In this document: positions 10,414 to 20,017 of the stretch, in pieces | Layout of the letters: every line of letters begins with the position of its first letter | Position numbering within the stretch: the stretch's first letter is position 1 | Assembly (NCBI GenBank): GCA_963707955.1 | Contig: OY970176.1 | Location: forward strand, 1,376,001-1,440,000 | DNA length: 64,000 bases | Reading direction: 5' to 3' | From: Candidatus Bathyarchaeota archaeon | GTDB lineage: Archaea; Thermoproteota; Bathyarchaeia; Bathyarchaeales; Bathycorpusculaceae | Position numbers and translations under genes: made by a program | The notes under the pieces: model-generated | The model's input: the letters and a program-made list of their open reading frames with translations, nothing else | What the model was told of the DNA's origin: nothing | Databases searched by the model: none

Positions 10414-10692
10414 CTAGTCTTTTATTGCTTCCAGCAAGCTCATAACGTTCCAAAGCTTTACTCTGGTGTAGGGTGGCATGTTCGGGTCCTGTAAAATCTC
10501 GTCCATAAGCGATACCGCGTTTGCAGCTCTGACAGCAGGCGTGAACTCTGGTGATTGCAGAGCGTTCATCGAATCCTTGGCCGCCCTTCTGATGTTCCTG
10601 GGCGTTGTGTTGTCTTCAGAAACAGCGGTGAGCACGACCAGCGCCTGTTTGATGCGCTCCTCGTACTCCTCCATCTTCTTCTTCCTAACCAT
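10414..10692 (-). CDS. UPF0147 family protein
   Basis: DNTTPRNIRRAA...ILQDPNMPPYTR. Confidence 0.92.
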   Translation of the reverse strand: MVRKKKMEEYEERIKQALVVLTAVSEDNTTPRNIRRAAKDSMNALQSPEFTPAVRAANAVSLMDEILQDPNMPPYTRVKLWNVMSLLEAIKD

Positions 10693-10767
10693 TGGTGCCA
10701 CCTCACAAAGATCGTTATGGCCTAGTTATATAGGCCTTGATACCTATTTACTTTGAGGTTTTAAAGC

Positions 10768-11133
10768 TTGTCCCGAAAGCAACCTGATGAGCCGCACATC
10801 AAAAGAATGGCAGACTTGCTGAGGCGAGGGTCAACCCTGACAGAGTTAGCCTGTCCCGTGTGTGCTTCCCCGTTGTTCAGGCTGAAAAGCGGAGGACTCT
10901 GGTGCGGAAGATGCGAGAAGAAAGTCATAGTCGTGAAGGAGGGAGAAGAACCTTTCAAAATGGAAAGGTCCGCGGCGCTCGACAGTCTTGAGGCCACGCT
11001 CATAGCCAAGGTGCAGGAAATACAAAAGAAGGTGCAGTGCGAGCAGAACCCCGAGGAACTCCAGAAACTGGGCACAGCTCTTTCTGGACTGCTTGAAAAC
11101 CTTGAAAGAACAAGAAAAATCAGAAAAACCTAG
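10768..11133 (+). CDS. Sjogren's syndrome/scleroderma autoantigen 1 (UPF0148) Zn-ribbon protein
   Basis: MADLLRRGSTL..LACPVC.SPLF...WCGRC; divergent from UPF0147 as is usual in archaea. Confidence 0.88.
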   Translation: MSRKQPDEPHIKRMADLLRRGSTLTELACPVCASPLFRLKSGGLWCGRCEKKVIVVKEGEEPFKMERSAALDSLEATLIAKVQEIQKKVQCEQNPEELQKLGTALSGLLENLERTRKIRKT

Positions 11134-11148
11134 CCGGAACCAAGGAAA

Positions 11149-11658
11149 ATGCTTGGTTTCTACAACAACTTTCCCAGAAGCGTTCATAAAACCGTGCGTT
11201 TTGTCACCTCAATCTCAGAGAAGACGCTGCAAAAAGCTTTGGTCGAGACCTTTTACAAGTTAAACAATGGAACCTTCAGCCTGGAAGAAGTAGCCACCCC
11301 ATCAATACCTCAGTGCACGGTCATCTTCGAGTTCGGAGTAGCCGAAGGCGACGACTTCAACTATCTCGACGAAGAGGAGAGAAGCCGGCTGTTAAAAGTC
11401 ATAGGAAAAAAACCTTTCTCAACCATGGATTTTCTCTGCGTTATACGTTACTACAAACTTCGAAACGAAACTAGAACGCCGTTGAAGTTTGACTATTACA
11501 TGCTCCGGTTCAGTTTCAACAAGAAAATCGCGCAGATGCGAGTCTTCCACGAAAAGGGACTAATGTACGTGTCACACAAGGACCTCCCCTATTTCATAGC
11601 CGACAAGATCAACGCACAGTTTTGCAGGAGAGTGCTGAGAGCTCAGGAAGTCGCCTAG
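11149..11658 (+). CDS. Conserved hypothetical protein
   Basis: 169-aa ORF with normal composition filling the gap up to tmk. Confidence 0.7.
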   Translation: MLGFYNNFPRSVHKTVRFVTSISEKTLQKALVETFYKLNNGTFSLEEVATPSIPQCTVIFEFGVAEGDDFNYLDEEERSRLLKVIGKKPFSTMDFLCVIRYYKLRNETRTPLKFDYYMLRFSFNKKIAQMRVFHEKGLMYVSHKDLPYFIADKINAQFCRRVLRAQEVA

Positions 11659-12254
11659 CAGGCTTCCTTCAAGAACCCCTTGACTGTTGAAACAATTTCT
11701 CTCGCAACTTCTGTTTTCGACCTGTTTCCGTCTACCCTGACAAGCGCACCTTCGTCGACAAATCTAAGGTAGATCTCCCTCACTTTCAGTTGAGTTTCAA
11801 GGTTCTCCATCACCGATCTCTTTCGCTTTAACCTTCGAATCACGGTCTCCGGCTCGACATCGATGAAAAGTGCCAGACCGGGGCGAACGGCATGTTCATT
11901 GATCTTCTCGATCCATCTCAAATCCAACCCCGCCGCCCCTTGATAAGCCAACGACGAGAAGACATAGCGGTCCGAAACCACAAGCTTCCCTTCATCCAGA
12001 GCGGGCAAAACCTCACTCTTCAAGTGCTCAAAACGGTCGGCAGCGAAGAGCAAAGCCTCAACCACGGCAGAGCCACGCTTATCAGCGTGAAGATAATGTT
12101 TCTTGATGAGTTTTCCGATTTTTCCGTCACTCGGCTCAGCCGTGTAGACTGCATCGTAGTCCCCTCTCAGTCTTTTCACGAGCAGCTTTGCCTGCGTAGT
12201 CTTTCCACAACCGTCCAGCCCTTCAACACAAATGAAGATTCCACGGTCACCCAT
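11655..12254 (-). CDS. tmk: Thymidylate kinase
   Basis: EGLDGCGKTTQ, LLFAADR, SDRYVFSSLAYQG. Confidence 0.96.
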   Translation of the reverse strand: MGDRGIFICVEGLDGCGKTTQAKLLVKRLRGDYDAVYTAEPSDGKIGKLIKKHYLHADKRGSAVVEALLFAADRFEHLKSEVLPALDEGKLVVSDRYVFSSLAYQGAAGLDLRWIEKINEHAVRPGLALFIDVEPETVIRRLKRKRSVMENLETQLKVREIYLRFVDEGALVRVDGNRSKTEVAREIVSTVKGFLKEAC

Positions 12255-12287
12255 GCTTTATCCATCCGTTGATGTTGAGCATGAGAC

Positions 12288-13214
12288 TCAGCATCCGTAC
12301 GCTAAATATAAACGCGCACAGGTAGCAACCTTGGCTCCATCACCCACGCACGCGGGCACCAAATCCCCGACCGTTGAAGCACATCCTCCGGCTGCAAAGA
12401 CTCCCGCAACACTCGTCCTTCCAAACTCGTCCACGACGACGCAGCCTTGCCTATGAGTTTTTATGCCCGCGTTGCGCAAGACCGAAACAAACGGTTTGAC
12501 CCCTGCGACGACAAAAACCATGTTCGTTCTCAACGTCTTAGTTCCAGAACCGCTCATGTGACGCAGCACGAGCTGTTTAGACGGCGGTCTACCCTTGATC
12601 TCTTTCCCCTCAAAACCCTCTATCAGACCGACCTTCCTCTTTTCCAGCTGCTTCCTCATCTGTTCATCAACGCCAATCATGTTGACGTGATTAACTAGCC
12701 TAACATTCTTGGCCACACTCGCTAAACGCAGAGCTTCATCCACCGCATCTTTAACGTTGCCAACGACGACAATGTCCTTCCCCTTCAAAAAAGGCGCACC
12801 GCACTCTGCACAGTAGGCCACGCCTGCACCTAGCCAAGTCTCCCACTTCATTCCTATACCTTTCATTCCATCTCCGGTCGCAAGGATCAAAGCCTTGCAT
12901 CGATACGTACTTCTTCGAGTATCTACGACCTTGTCTTCTCTGTCCAAAGAAAGATTGGTAACCTCTTCTGAAGTGTGAAGTTCGGCGCCGTTTTTCTCAG
13001 CTTGATGTGCCATTTTCTCCGTAAGTCTCAGCCCAGAAACCTTCCTTTGAAACCCGGGATAATTCTCTAATCCGCGAATCTCTGTTGCCAATCCACCTGC
13101 CCTCTCCTCTCCCTCTAAAACGAGTGTACGCAAGCCGAAGGTTCCACAGTGAATGGCAGCAGCTAGACCCGCCGGTCCACCACCAACGATAATGACGTCA
13201 TACAGGTTACTCAT
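12288..13214 (-). CDS. Thioredoxin reductase-like FAD-dependent disulfide oxidoreductase
   Basis: GGGPAG, ENYPGF, ILATG, YCAEC redox motif, TSVAGVFAAGG. Confidence 0.88.
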   Translation of the reverse strand: MSNLYDVIIVGGGPAGLAAAIHCGTFGLRTLVLEGEERAGGLATEIRGLENYPGFQRKVSGLRLTEKMAHQAEKNGAELHTSEEVTNLSLDREDKVVDTRRSTYRCKALILATGDGMKGIGMKWETWLGAGVAYCAECGAPFLKGKDIVVVGNVKDAVDEALRLASVAKNVRLVNHVNMIGVDEQMRKQLEKRKVGLIEGFEGKEIKGRPPSKQLVLRHMSGSGTKTLRTNMVFVVAGVKPFVSVLRNAGIKTHRQGCVVVDEFGRTSVAGVFAAGGCASTVGDLVPACVGDGAKVATCARLYLAYGC

Positions 13215-13455
13215 TTTCCCTCATCATCAATATCACACGTTACCTCTTATAGAATTGACTACAGCAAGGCATGCTTCAGCAGCAAAACCATGTGCTTTGA
13301 AGAAAAGTGCAAATTCTTTCATGAGCTCCCAGCTCAACACCCTCTTCGGGGTTATTCCGACCCTGCGCGCACACGTCTTAAAACGAAACCAACATCAGGC
13401 ATTATAAGAGCGAGGCTGCATAAGTGACTAATCAAGATCATATGGTGAAAAATCG

Positions 13456-14736
13456 ATGCCCACTGAATATTGGGGCGAAATAAAGGATCCAGTGCACGGG
13501 TACGTGTACATAACGCAGGAAGAGAAAACGATCATCGACTCCTACCCCGTTCAGAGGCTGCACAGACTGCGCCAGCTCGCCGGCGCAGAATACGTTTATC
13601 CCGGAGCAAACCACACACGCTTCGAACACTCTGTCGGTGTAATGTACCTGGCGGGCAGAGTGGCTGAGAACCCCAACATCTCCCAGTACGTGAACGAAGA
13701 CGAAGCAGAAACGCTCAGGGTTGCAGCGTTGCTCCACGACGTTGGGCACGGGCCGTTCTCACACGTTTTCGAGTACCTGCTCAACAAGGAGCTTGACAAG
13801 ACACATGAAGACCTCACAACATGGATAATCCAGAAGAGCGAACTGAACGATATCATAAGAAGGGCAGGCTACAACCCGCAGGACGTTGGAAAACTCGCGG
13901 TGGGAAAGCTGCGCAAACCCAAAAAAGCCTTCCTAGACCAGATAATAAGCAGCACGGTTGACGTTGACAAGCAGGACTTCATCGTTCGAGACACGTACCA
14001 CACGGGCGCAGAGTACGGGTACATCGACGTGTACCGACTGATCCACACGCTAGACGTGCTCGGTGAAAACTTGGCAGTCGAGGTGGGAGCACTCTCGGCC
14101 TTAGAATCGCTCTTAATAGCCCGCATAGAATCCTTCAAGAGCATATACTTCCACCGAGTCGGCAGAGCCGCGCAGATAATGCTCGCCACGGCCATGGAGA
14201 ACGCAAACGAAGAACTCGGCTTCACACGCTTCAAAACCCCAGAACAGTACCTAGCCATGGACGACTACACCGTATACGCGAAGCTGAAAGAATGCAAGAA
14301 ATCCAAAAAGATCATCAGAGACCTTGAAAACAGGAAAATGCTCAAGTGCGCTTACGAAAAGACCTTCTACGAAAAAGACACGATGATTTCAAACATCTTC
14401 AGCCGCGAAGCCTACAGGAAACAATTGCAGTCAGAAATCGCCGAAGAAGCAAACGTCCAAACAGAAGCTGTCATCATCGACGTACCCACGGTTCCGTCTG
14501 TCCCGTACGAACACTCGGTGCTAACGGAAAGCATGGAGATCCCAGTGTTCATCAAGACACCGCAGGGAAAGAAGATACCACAGCGCCTAAGCGAGATCTC
14601 AAGAATCTTCGAGACGCTAAAAGGGTTCATGAACATACTGCGCGTCTACACAATGGCGGAAGAACGCGAGAAAGTGAGCACTGCAGCCACAAAAGTATTG
14701 GGCAGGATACCCTCATCAGCAAAGATCTCTTACTGA
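13456..14736 (+). CDS. HD-superfamily phosphohydrolase (SAMHD1/dNTPase-like)
   Basis: DPVHG, QRL.RLRQL, HTRFEHS, LLHDVGHGPFSH, DVDKQDF. Confidence 0.93.
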   Translation: MPTEYWGEIKDPVHGYVYITQEEKTIIDSYPVQRLHRLRQLAGAEYVYPGANHTRFEHSVGVMYLAGRVAENPNISQYVNEDEAETLRVAALLHDVGHGPFSHVFEYLLNKELDKTHEDLTTWIIQKSELNDIIRRAGYNPQDVGKLAVGKLRKPKKAFLDQIISSTVDVDKQDFIVRDTYHTGAEYGYIDVYRLIHTLDVLGENLAVEVGALSALESLLIARIESFKSIYFHRVGRAAQIMLATAMENANEELGFTRFKTPEQYLAMDDYTVYAKLKECKKSKKIIRDLENRKMLKCAYEKTFYEKDTMISNIFSREAYRKQLQSEIAEEANVQTEAVIIDVPTVPSVPYEHSVLTESMEIPVFIKTPQGKKIPQRLSEISRIFETLKGFMNILRVYTMAEEREKVSTAATKVLGRIPSSAKISY

Positions 14737-14748
14737 AGGCTTTCAAGA

Positions 14749-15162
14749 ATGTCGCCAGTTATTTTGAAGGGCCGAGCCATCGTCGAAGGCCGCTGCAGGG
14801 CAGAAGCCCTGGTCAGCACAAAACCGATCAGTTTTCTGGGCGGAGTCGACCCGGCGGACGGCAAAATAATCGAGAAAAAACATGACCTGTGCGGCCTGTG
14901 CATAAAAGACAAAGTTCTGTGCTTCCCCCACGGCCACGGCTCAACAGTCGGCAGCTACGTGCTCTACTCTCTGGCCAAGAAAGGACTTGCACCGAAGGCA
15001 ATAATCAACCAAACGGCCGACTCTGTTGTCGTAGTTGGCGCAATAATAGCGAACGTTCCCATGATGGATCAGGTAGACATCAGCAAAATCAATACCGGCG
15101 ACACGGTTGAAGTCGACGCATGCAAAGGCGTTGCCAAAATCGTAAGACGAAGGGGGACCTAG
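14749..15162 (+). CDS. Aconitase X small (swivel) subunit, phosphomevalonate dehydratase-like
   Basis: PISFLGGVDP.DG, GSTVGSYVLY. Confidence 0.92.
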   Translation: MSPVILKGRAIVEGRCRAEALVSTKPISFLGGVDPADGKIIEKKHDLCGLCIKDKVLCFPHGHGSTVGSYVLYSLAKKGLAPKAIINQTADSVVVVGAIIANVPMMDQVDISKINTGDTVEVDACKGVAKIVRRRGT

Positions 15163-15169
15163 CAAACAC

Positions 15170-16342
15170 GTGTACTTGACCAAAGAAGAGGAACGAATAC
15201 TCAACGGCGAACGCGGATGGGCAAACCAGACCTGCATGAAAATACTCACCCGTCTAGGCGACCTGTACAACGCCGAAAAGCTGATTCCGATAAGCTCAGC
15301 ACACGTTTCCGGCGTGTCATACAAAACGTTAGGCGACGCCCCAGTAGAGTTCCTTCAGGCATTAGCAGATGCTGGTGCAAGGGTAAAAGTCAAAACCACA
15401 CTTAACCCTCAGAGCCTCGACCCAGAACATCTAACAAAAAGGTTGCCCAAGACTCTGTGCGAAAAACAGCTTAACGTCCTCGAACAGTTTGAAAGAATGG
15501 GCACAACAAAATCCCTAACGTGCACGCCATACTACCTGGAAAAGCCGAAGCGTGAGTCTCATCTGGCATGGGCTGAATCCTCAGCCGTGGTCTACGCCAA
15601 CTCTGTCCTCGGCGCGTGGACCAACCGTGAGGGCGGACCAAGCGCACTCGCCGCTGCGATAATGGGCAAGACGCCAGACCACGGGATGCACAGAGCCGAA
15701 AACCGACAACCAAACATCCTAGTAAACGTCGAAACGCGACTACAAGACGAGACAGAGTTCGGAGCCCTCGGAATCCATCTAGGCAAGATGCTGAGAGACA
15801 GAATTCCCATCATTCAAGGGCTGGGAAAGACCTCAAGAGACATGCTAAAACAGCTAAGCGCCGCTGTGGCCACGACAGGCATGACAAACATGTTTCACTG
15901 TAACACTTGTTCAGAGACAAAAGGAATTGAAAGAATAAGCGTAGAAGCCGAGGACATAAGACGAACGATCCAAGAATTGTCCACCGCATCGTGCAAGAAG
16001 TGTGACCTGGTCTTCATAGGATGCCCACACTGTTCTTTAGCCGAGATGAAACAAATCGCTCAAACCGTTCATGGAAAGAAAGTAAAACATGGAACAGAGT
16101 TGTGGGTCTGCACCTCAAGCCACATCAAAGAAACTGCCAGAGACTACGTCAACGAAATAGAGAGAAGCGGAGGCCAAGTATTGGCCGGCGTTTGTACAGT
16201 TGTTTCTTGGACAGAAAAGCTCGGAATAGAGACCATCATGACCAACTCCGCGAAGACAGCTTACTATGCGCCAACGCTCAGTAAAGCGGCAACAATCCTT
16301 AGCCCGATGAAAGAGTGCTTGAGAGCGGCATTCCAACGGTAA
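15170..16342 (+). CDS. Aconitase X large subunit, phosphomevalonate dehydratase-like
   Basis: MYLTKEEE..LNGE.G, HVSGVSY, TCTPY, AWAESSA, GCPHCS, TNSAK; GTG start. Confidence 0.93.
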   Translation: MYLTKEEERILNGERGWANQTCMKILTRLGDLYNAEKLIPISSAHVSGVSYKTLGDAPVEFLQALADAGARVKVKTTLNPQSLDPEHLTKRLPKTLCEKQLNVLEQFERMGTTKSLTCTPYYLEKPKRESHLAWAESSAVVYANSVLGAWTNREGGPSALAAAIMGKTPDHGMHRAENRQPNILVNVETRLQDETEFGALGIHLGKMLRDRIPIIQGLGKTSRDMLKQLSAAVATTGMTNMFHCNTCSETKGIERISVEAEDIRRTIQELSTASCKKCDLVFIGCPHCSLAEMKQIAQTVHGKKVKHGTELWVCTSSHIKETARDYVNEIERSGGQVLAGVCTVVSWTEKLGIETIMTNSAKTAYYAPTLSKAATILSPMKECLRAAFQR

Positions 16343-16390
16343 CCTTTATTCGAACGAAGAAATACTCTGGATGATGCATCGGGCTAAAAC

Positions 16391-16468
16391 GCTCCGGTAG
16401 TATAGCCCGGTTAAGTATTCCGGCCTTTCGAGCCGGAGACCCGGGTCCAAATCCCGGCCGGAGCACCA
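16391..16468 (+). tRNA. tRNA-Glu (anticodon TTC), intron-less, CCA encoded
   Basis: Acceptor GCTCCGG/CCGGAGC; anticodon arm CCGGC-CTTTCGA-GCCGG; T arm CCGGG-TCCAAAT-CCCGG; ends ACCA. Confidence 0.96.
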
Positions 16469-16604
16469 CATTCTAGGCACAGTTTAAGCGTATCTTGGCC
16501 AAGTTTCCGCCATAACCCCGCCGTCGCAACTATTTTCTCGGTGTTCAGCATTTTATTGGCCAACTCCGTTCCCAAGTTTTTTGTTGGGCCCAAGCGCGCG
16601 CTGT

Positions 16605-16685
16605 TTCTATACCTGTAATGCGCCCACTGTGATCAAGGTCGATAGTCACGTTTTCTGCAAGCTCTTCGCTTGTCTCATCTGCTAG
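16605..16685 (-). pseudogene. DUF2283-like gene relic
   Basis: Translates LADETSEELAENVTIDLDHSGRITGIE; the frame runs into GCGCGCGC (16594-16601) where a typical IL..AS continuation is expected. Confidence 0.6.
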
Positions 16686-16691
16686 AAGGTT

Positions 16692-17198
16692 TTATTGGCT
16701 TCTCTTGAACACGTTTGTGCCGATGTCTATTTCTGTGGTTTCCTTGCAAGTTTCGAAAACCATGCACGTGAGGGTTTTCTCTATTCCCCTGACCATCCTT
16801 AACCTGTCAATAACAAATTTTCCCACTGCGTCAACATCTTTGCCTTTGACTTTCATCAACAGATCCCAGTCCCCTGTAATTATGTGAACTTCTTGGACCT
16901 CTGGAAATCTTGCGATTTCTTTGGCCATGCTCCTCTGAGAGACTTGAGTACCATCATTTTTCGTTTCATAAGAAACGGAGGCCAAAATGAAAGCGGTTGC
17001 ACCGCGGTCAAGCTTTGTTGAATCCAAAATTGCCTTGTACCCTTTGATGATGCCCAACTCTTCCATGCGCTTTATCTTCGCGAAAACAGTCGTTATCGGC
17101 GAGTCAACTCTTCTCGCGATCTCCCTTGCCGTGAGTTTGCAGTCTCTTTGTATAAGCGTCAAGATCGCTGCATCTTTCTCGTCGAGCTTCGCTTCCAT
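16692..17198 (-). CDS. Lrp/AsnC family transcriptional regulator
   Basis: LDEKD..IL..IQRD...HTH...GIIKGY; EVHIITGDWDL. Confidence 0.95.
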   Translation of the reverse strand: MEAKLDEKDAAILTLIQRDCKLTAREIARRVDSPITTVFAKIKRMEELGIIKGYKAILDSTKLDRGATAFILASVSYETKNDGTQVSQRSMAKEIARFPEVQEVHIITGDWDLLMKVKGKDVDAVGKFVIDRLRMVRGIEKTLTCMVFETCKETTEIDIGTNVFKRSQ

Positions 17199-17359
17199 AC
17201 TTGTAATTATTACATCTATTGGTATAAAAACCTATCTTTTTTTGAGAATATTCCAATTTTTCTTATAAAAAATTTATTACCCAGCGCACTCTTTCTTACA
17301 GACATTAACGCGGGTTAATCTGTGTTAACAAGACGTGCCGAAACCAAGAAGGTGATTGG

Positions 17360-18349
17360 ATGAGTGAAAAACGTTCCTGTCCGCAGCGAAGTCTTACGGT
17401 TGCCGAGTTGCCCAAGCCCTTGGAAGAGTTGTCTGAATATGAAATTCAAAGAAAGCAGCGCATTAGCAGGATCATGACTTACACTTTAAAGTACCTCACT
17501 CAAGAATTCACGGATAACGACTTTGAATGGATGTTGCCAGTCATATTTTCGCAGTCAACGGATCCTCTGTGGCCAGATTCATGTGCATCCATTGAAAAAC
17601 GCATCGAGGTCGAAATCTATGGGAAAACAGTTAGAACAACGACAAGCATGATAGTCCACAAGATGGTCGCTTGCTCTTTAGCCGTTCCTAAACTATTCAT
17701 ACTTTCCCCAAACGTAAGGATAGAAAAAAGTGAAAGGGCAGCCACTGGAATGCACGCCTACGAGTTCACTCAACTCGATTTCGAAGCCAGAAACGCGGCA
17801 TCACAGGATGTCAGAAACCTGGTCGAAACAATCGCCTGGCGACTGATAGACGGTTTGAAAACGAACATGAAGGACGAGCTGCTCTTTCTGAGAGAAAATG
17901 GCGGTTTAAAAACACCAAGAACACCATTCAGAGTCTACGATAGGGCAGAACTTGAAGCAAACTATGGAACAGGATGGGAACTCCAAATACCATACGAAAC
18001 TGAGGACCCCGTTTGGGTGACTAACATTCCCCGAGAATTCTACGATTTTGAGGACCTCGAGAGCGGCAAATGGGACAACTACGACCTGTACCTGCCGGGA
18101 TACGGAGAGGTCTTGTCCGGTGCAAGAAGGGAGTTCGAATACGATAAGATGGCCCGAAAAATGGAAAGAGACGGCGTAAGAAAGGAGAACTATAAGCTGT
18201 TGCTGAAACTCGCCAAAGAGGGAAGACTGAAACCCTCAGCCGGCGCTGGAATAGGCATAGAAAGACTCGTCAGCTGGATAGTTGGAGCCAAGCACATCGG
18301 AGAGACGCAGGTTTTTCCCAAAACACCAGGGGTAATTCACGACCTATGA
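17360..18349 (+). CDS. asnA: Archaeal asparagine synthetase A (AspRS-like, no anticodon domain)
   Basis: STDPLWPD, SPNVRIE, EFTQLDFE, GEVLSG.RRE, SAGAGIGIERL; divergent from an AsnC-type regulator. Confidence 0.9.
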   Translation: MSEKRSCPQRSLTVAELPKPLEELSEYEIQRKQRISRIMTYTLKYLTQEFTDNDFEWMLPVIFSQSTDPLWPDSCASIEKRIEVEIYGKTVRTTTSMIVHKMVACSLAVPKLFILSPNVRIEKSERAATGMHAYEFTQLDFEARNAASQDVRNLVETIAWRLIDGLKTNMKDELLFLRENGGLKTPRTPFRVYDRAELEANYGTGWELQIPYETEDPVWVTNIPREFYDFEDLESGKWDNYDLYLPGYGEVLSGARREFEYDKMARKMERDGVRKENYKLLLKLAKEGRLKPSAGAGIGIERLVSWIVGAKHIGETQVFPKTPGVIHDL

Positions 18350-18649
18350 AACTATGAAAATCCAATCCGCTTCTATGACTGAATCGAAGGCTTGAACGAA
18401 AGTTTGGCATCCGCAGTCAACGAAGATTTTGACATTTGTTCCGTCCAGATGCTTGGGTAAGAAGCGTTACTGTACGTTCATCCAATATTCACATTGTTTG
18501 CTTAACATTTGACTTCCAATGTGGCAATAAAGTTTTTATGTGTACATTCCAACGTCACTATATTATTAATTTGCACATTAAGGTAACAACATGACACATG
18601 TTAAGTTACAAACAATCCCGAACTGCGATTCTTGGACCAGGTGCTTTTG

Positions 18650-20017
18650 ATGAAATCCGTCTACGAAAGATACCATATAACGGTGAAAGATGCACCGCCA
18701 AAGATCAAATTGCCTCCAAAGTATATAGTCAATCGCTATAACAACTGTACAAATGCTCAGGAATGCACCCAAGCTTGCATATACGGTGTTCACGAAGCGA
18801 CCGAGGATGGACAGATTGCAGAGCCCATCCAGGATCTGTGCAGAGGGTGTTACATGTGTGTCTTAAAATGCCCGAAAGGCGCCATTTCAATAGGAATCAA
18901 CCCTCAGTTTGAAAAATTAGGAGATTCCTATTTTTCTCCAGAAAGGATAAAGACAATCTATTTTGAAGCAGAAACCGGTAGGGTTCCTGTTTCAGGCGCA
19001 GGGTATACCGGTCCTTTTGCGGGAGAGGGTTTTGACAGCATCTGGTTCGATTTTTCAGAGATAGTTAGACCGACAAGGGATGGAATTCATGGCAGAGAGT
19101 ATATTTCGACTTCGGTAGATTTGGGAAGAAGACTTCAATCCCTTGAATTTGATGAGAATGAGAAACTGGTTTCCACCGTTCCCAAAACTGTAGAGATCCC
19201 TATACCCATGATTTTTGATGCTCCACTCACCTGTGAAACAAGTCAGAATCTCCAGTTAGCTTTGGCGAAGGCCGCCACTAGGCTCAAGACCTTTGCCATA
19301 GTGAACGCAAGGGAATATTCGTCCGACCTAGCTTGTTACAAAGCAAATCTAATACCCAGAATCAACTCGGACGAAATAGATGAGTTTGAAGATCTGATCA
19401 AAACATCACAAATCGTTGAAGTTAAGCTCAGCGATAGCGACATAAAAGATTGCTTAGAGAAGGTTAAAGCGACTTATCCTTCAGCGTTAGTCTCCTTCTA
19501 CTTTCCTTATGATGAAGAGGCAGCTGAAAGAGCTGACGCAATTGCAGAGATGGGAGGCGACATCGTTCACCTTCACGTTGACGACGGAGCTGTTGAGCGA
19601 GACCCTGATGTGATAAAAAGCGCTATCCGTTGCGTTCACTCACACCTTGTTGATAAACGCAATCGAGACAAGATCACTCTAATCTCCAGCGGGGGAATAG
19701 CGGAGGCAGCCCATGTTCCCAAATCCATAATTCTCGGGGCCAATGCTGTCGCGGTTGGAATGGCATATCAAATTGCCCTCGGATGCAAAGTTTGCTATGG
19801 AAATAAGCACAGCCAAGACTGCGCGATAAATCTGGAAGAGGGAGACGTGGAACTGGCAACCCAGAGAATTACAAACCTGATCGGCGCATGGAGAGACCAA
19901 CTGTTAGAGGTGCTCGGGGGAATGGGCTTGCGAGAAGTGAGAAGGCAAACAGGCGAGGTTGGCAGAGCGATGTTCTACGAGGACCTTGAAGCAAAGATTT
20001 TCGGTGACAAAGAATGA
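18650..20017 (+). CDS. Glutamate synthase-related subunit: ferredoxin domain plus divergent FMN-binding barrel
   Basis: CRGCYMCVLKCP; SEIVRPTRDGIHGREYIST; SGGIAEAAHVPKSIILGA; AGGTG upstream of ATG 18650. Confidence 0.85.
   Translation: MKSVYERYHITVKDAPPKIKLPPKYIVNRYNNCTNAQECTQACIYGVHEATEDGQIAEPIQDLCRGCYMCVLKCPKGAISIGINPQFEKLGDSYFSPERIKTIYFEAETGRVPVSGAGYTGPFAGEGFDSIWFDFSEIVRPTRDGIHGREYISTSVDLGRRLQSLEFDENEKLVSTVPKTVEIPIPMIFDAPLTCETSQNLQLALAKAATRLKTFAIVNAREYSSDLACYKANLIPRINSDEIDEFEDLIKTSQIVEVKLSDSDIKDCLEKVKATYPSALVSFYFPYDEEAAERADAIAEMGGDIVHLHVDDGAVERDPDVIKSAIRCVHSHLVDKRNRDKITLISSGGIAEAAHVPKSIILGANAVAVGMAYQIALGCKVCYGNKHSQDCAINLEEGDVELATQRITNLIGAWRDQLLEVLGGMGLREVRRQTGEVGRAMFYEDLEAKIFGDKE

Noticed and set aside
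16411-16593. 60-aa ORF overlapping the tRNA as an integrase fragment at an att site
   Set aside because: No recombinase motifs, and I found no second copy of the tRNA 3' end in the window.
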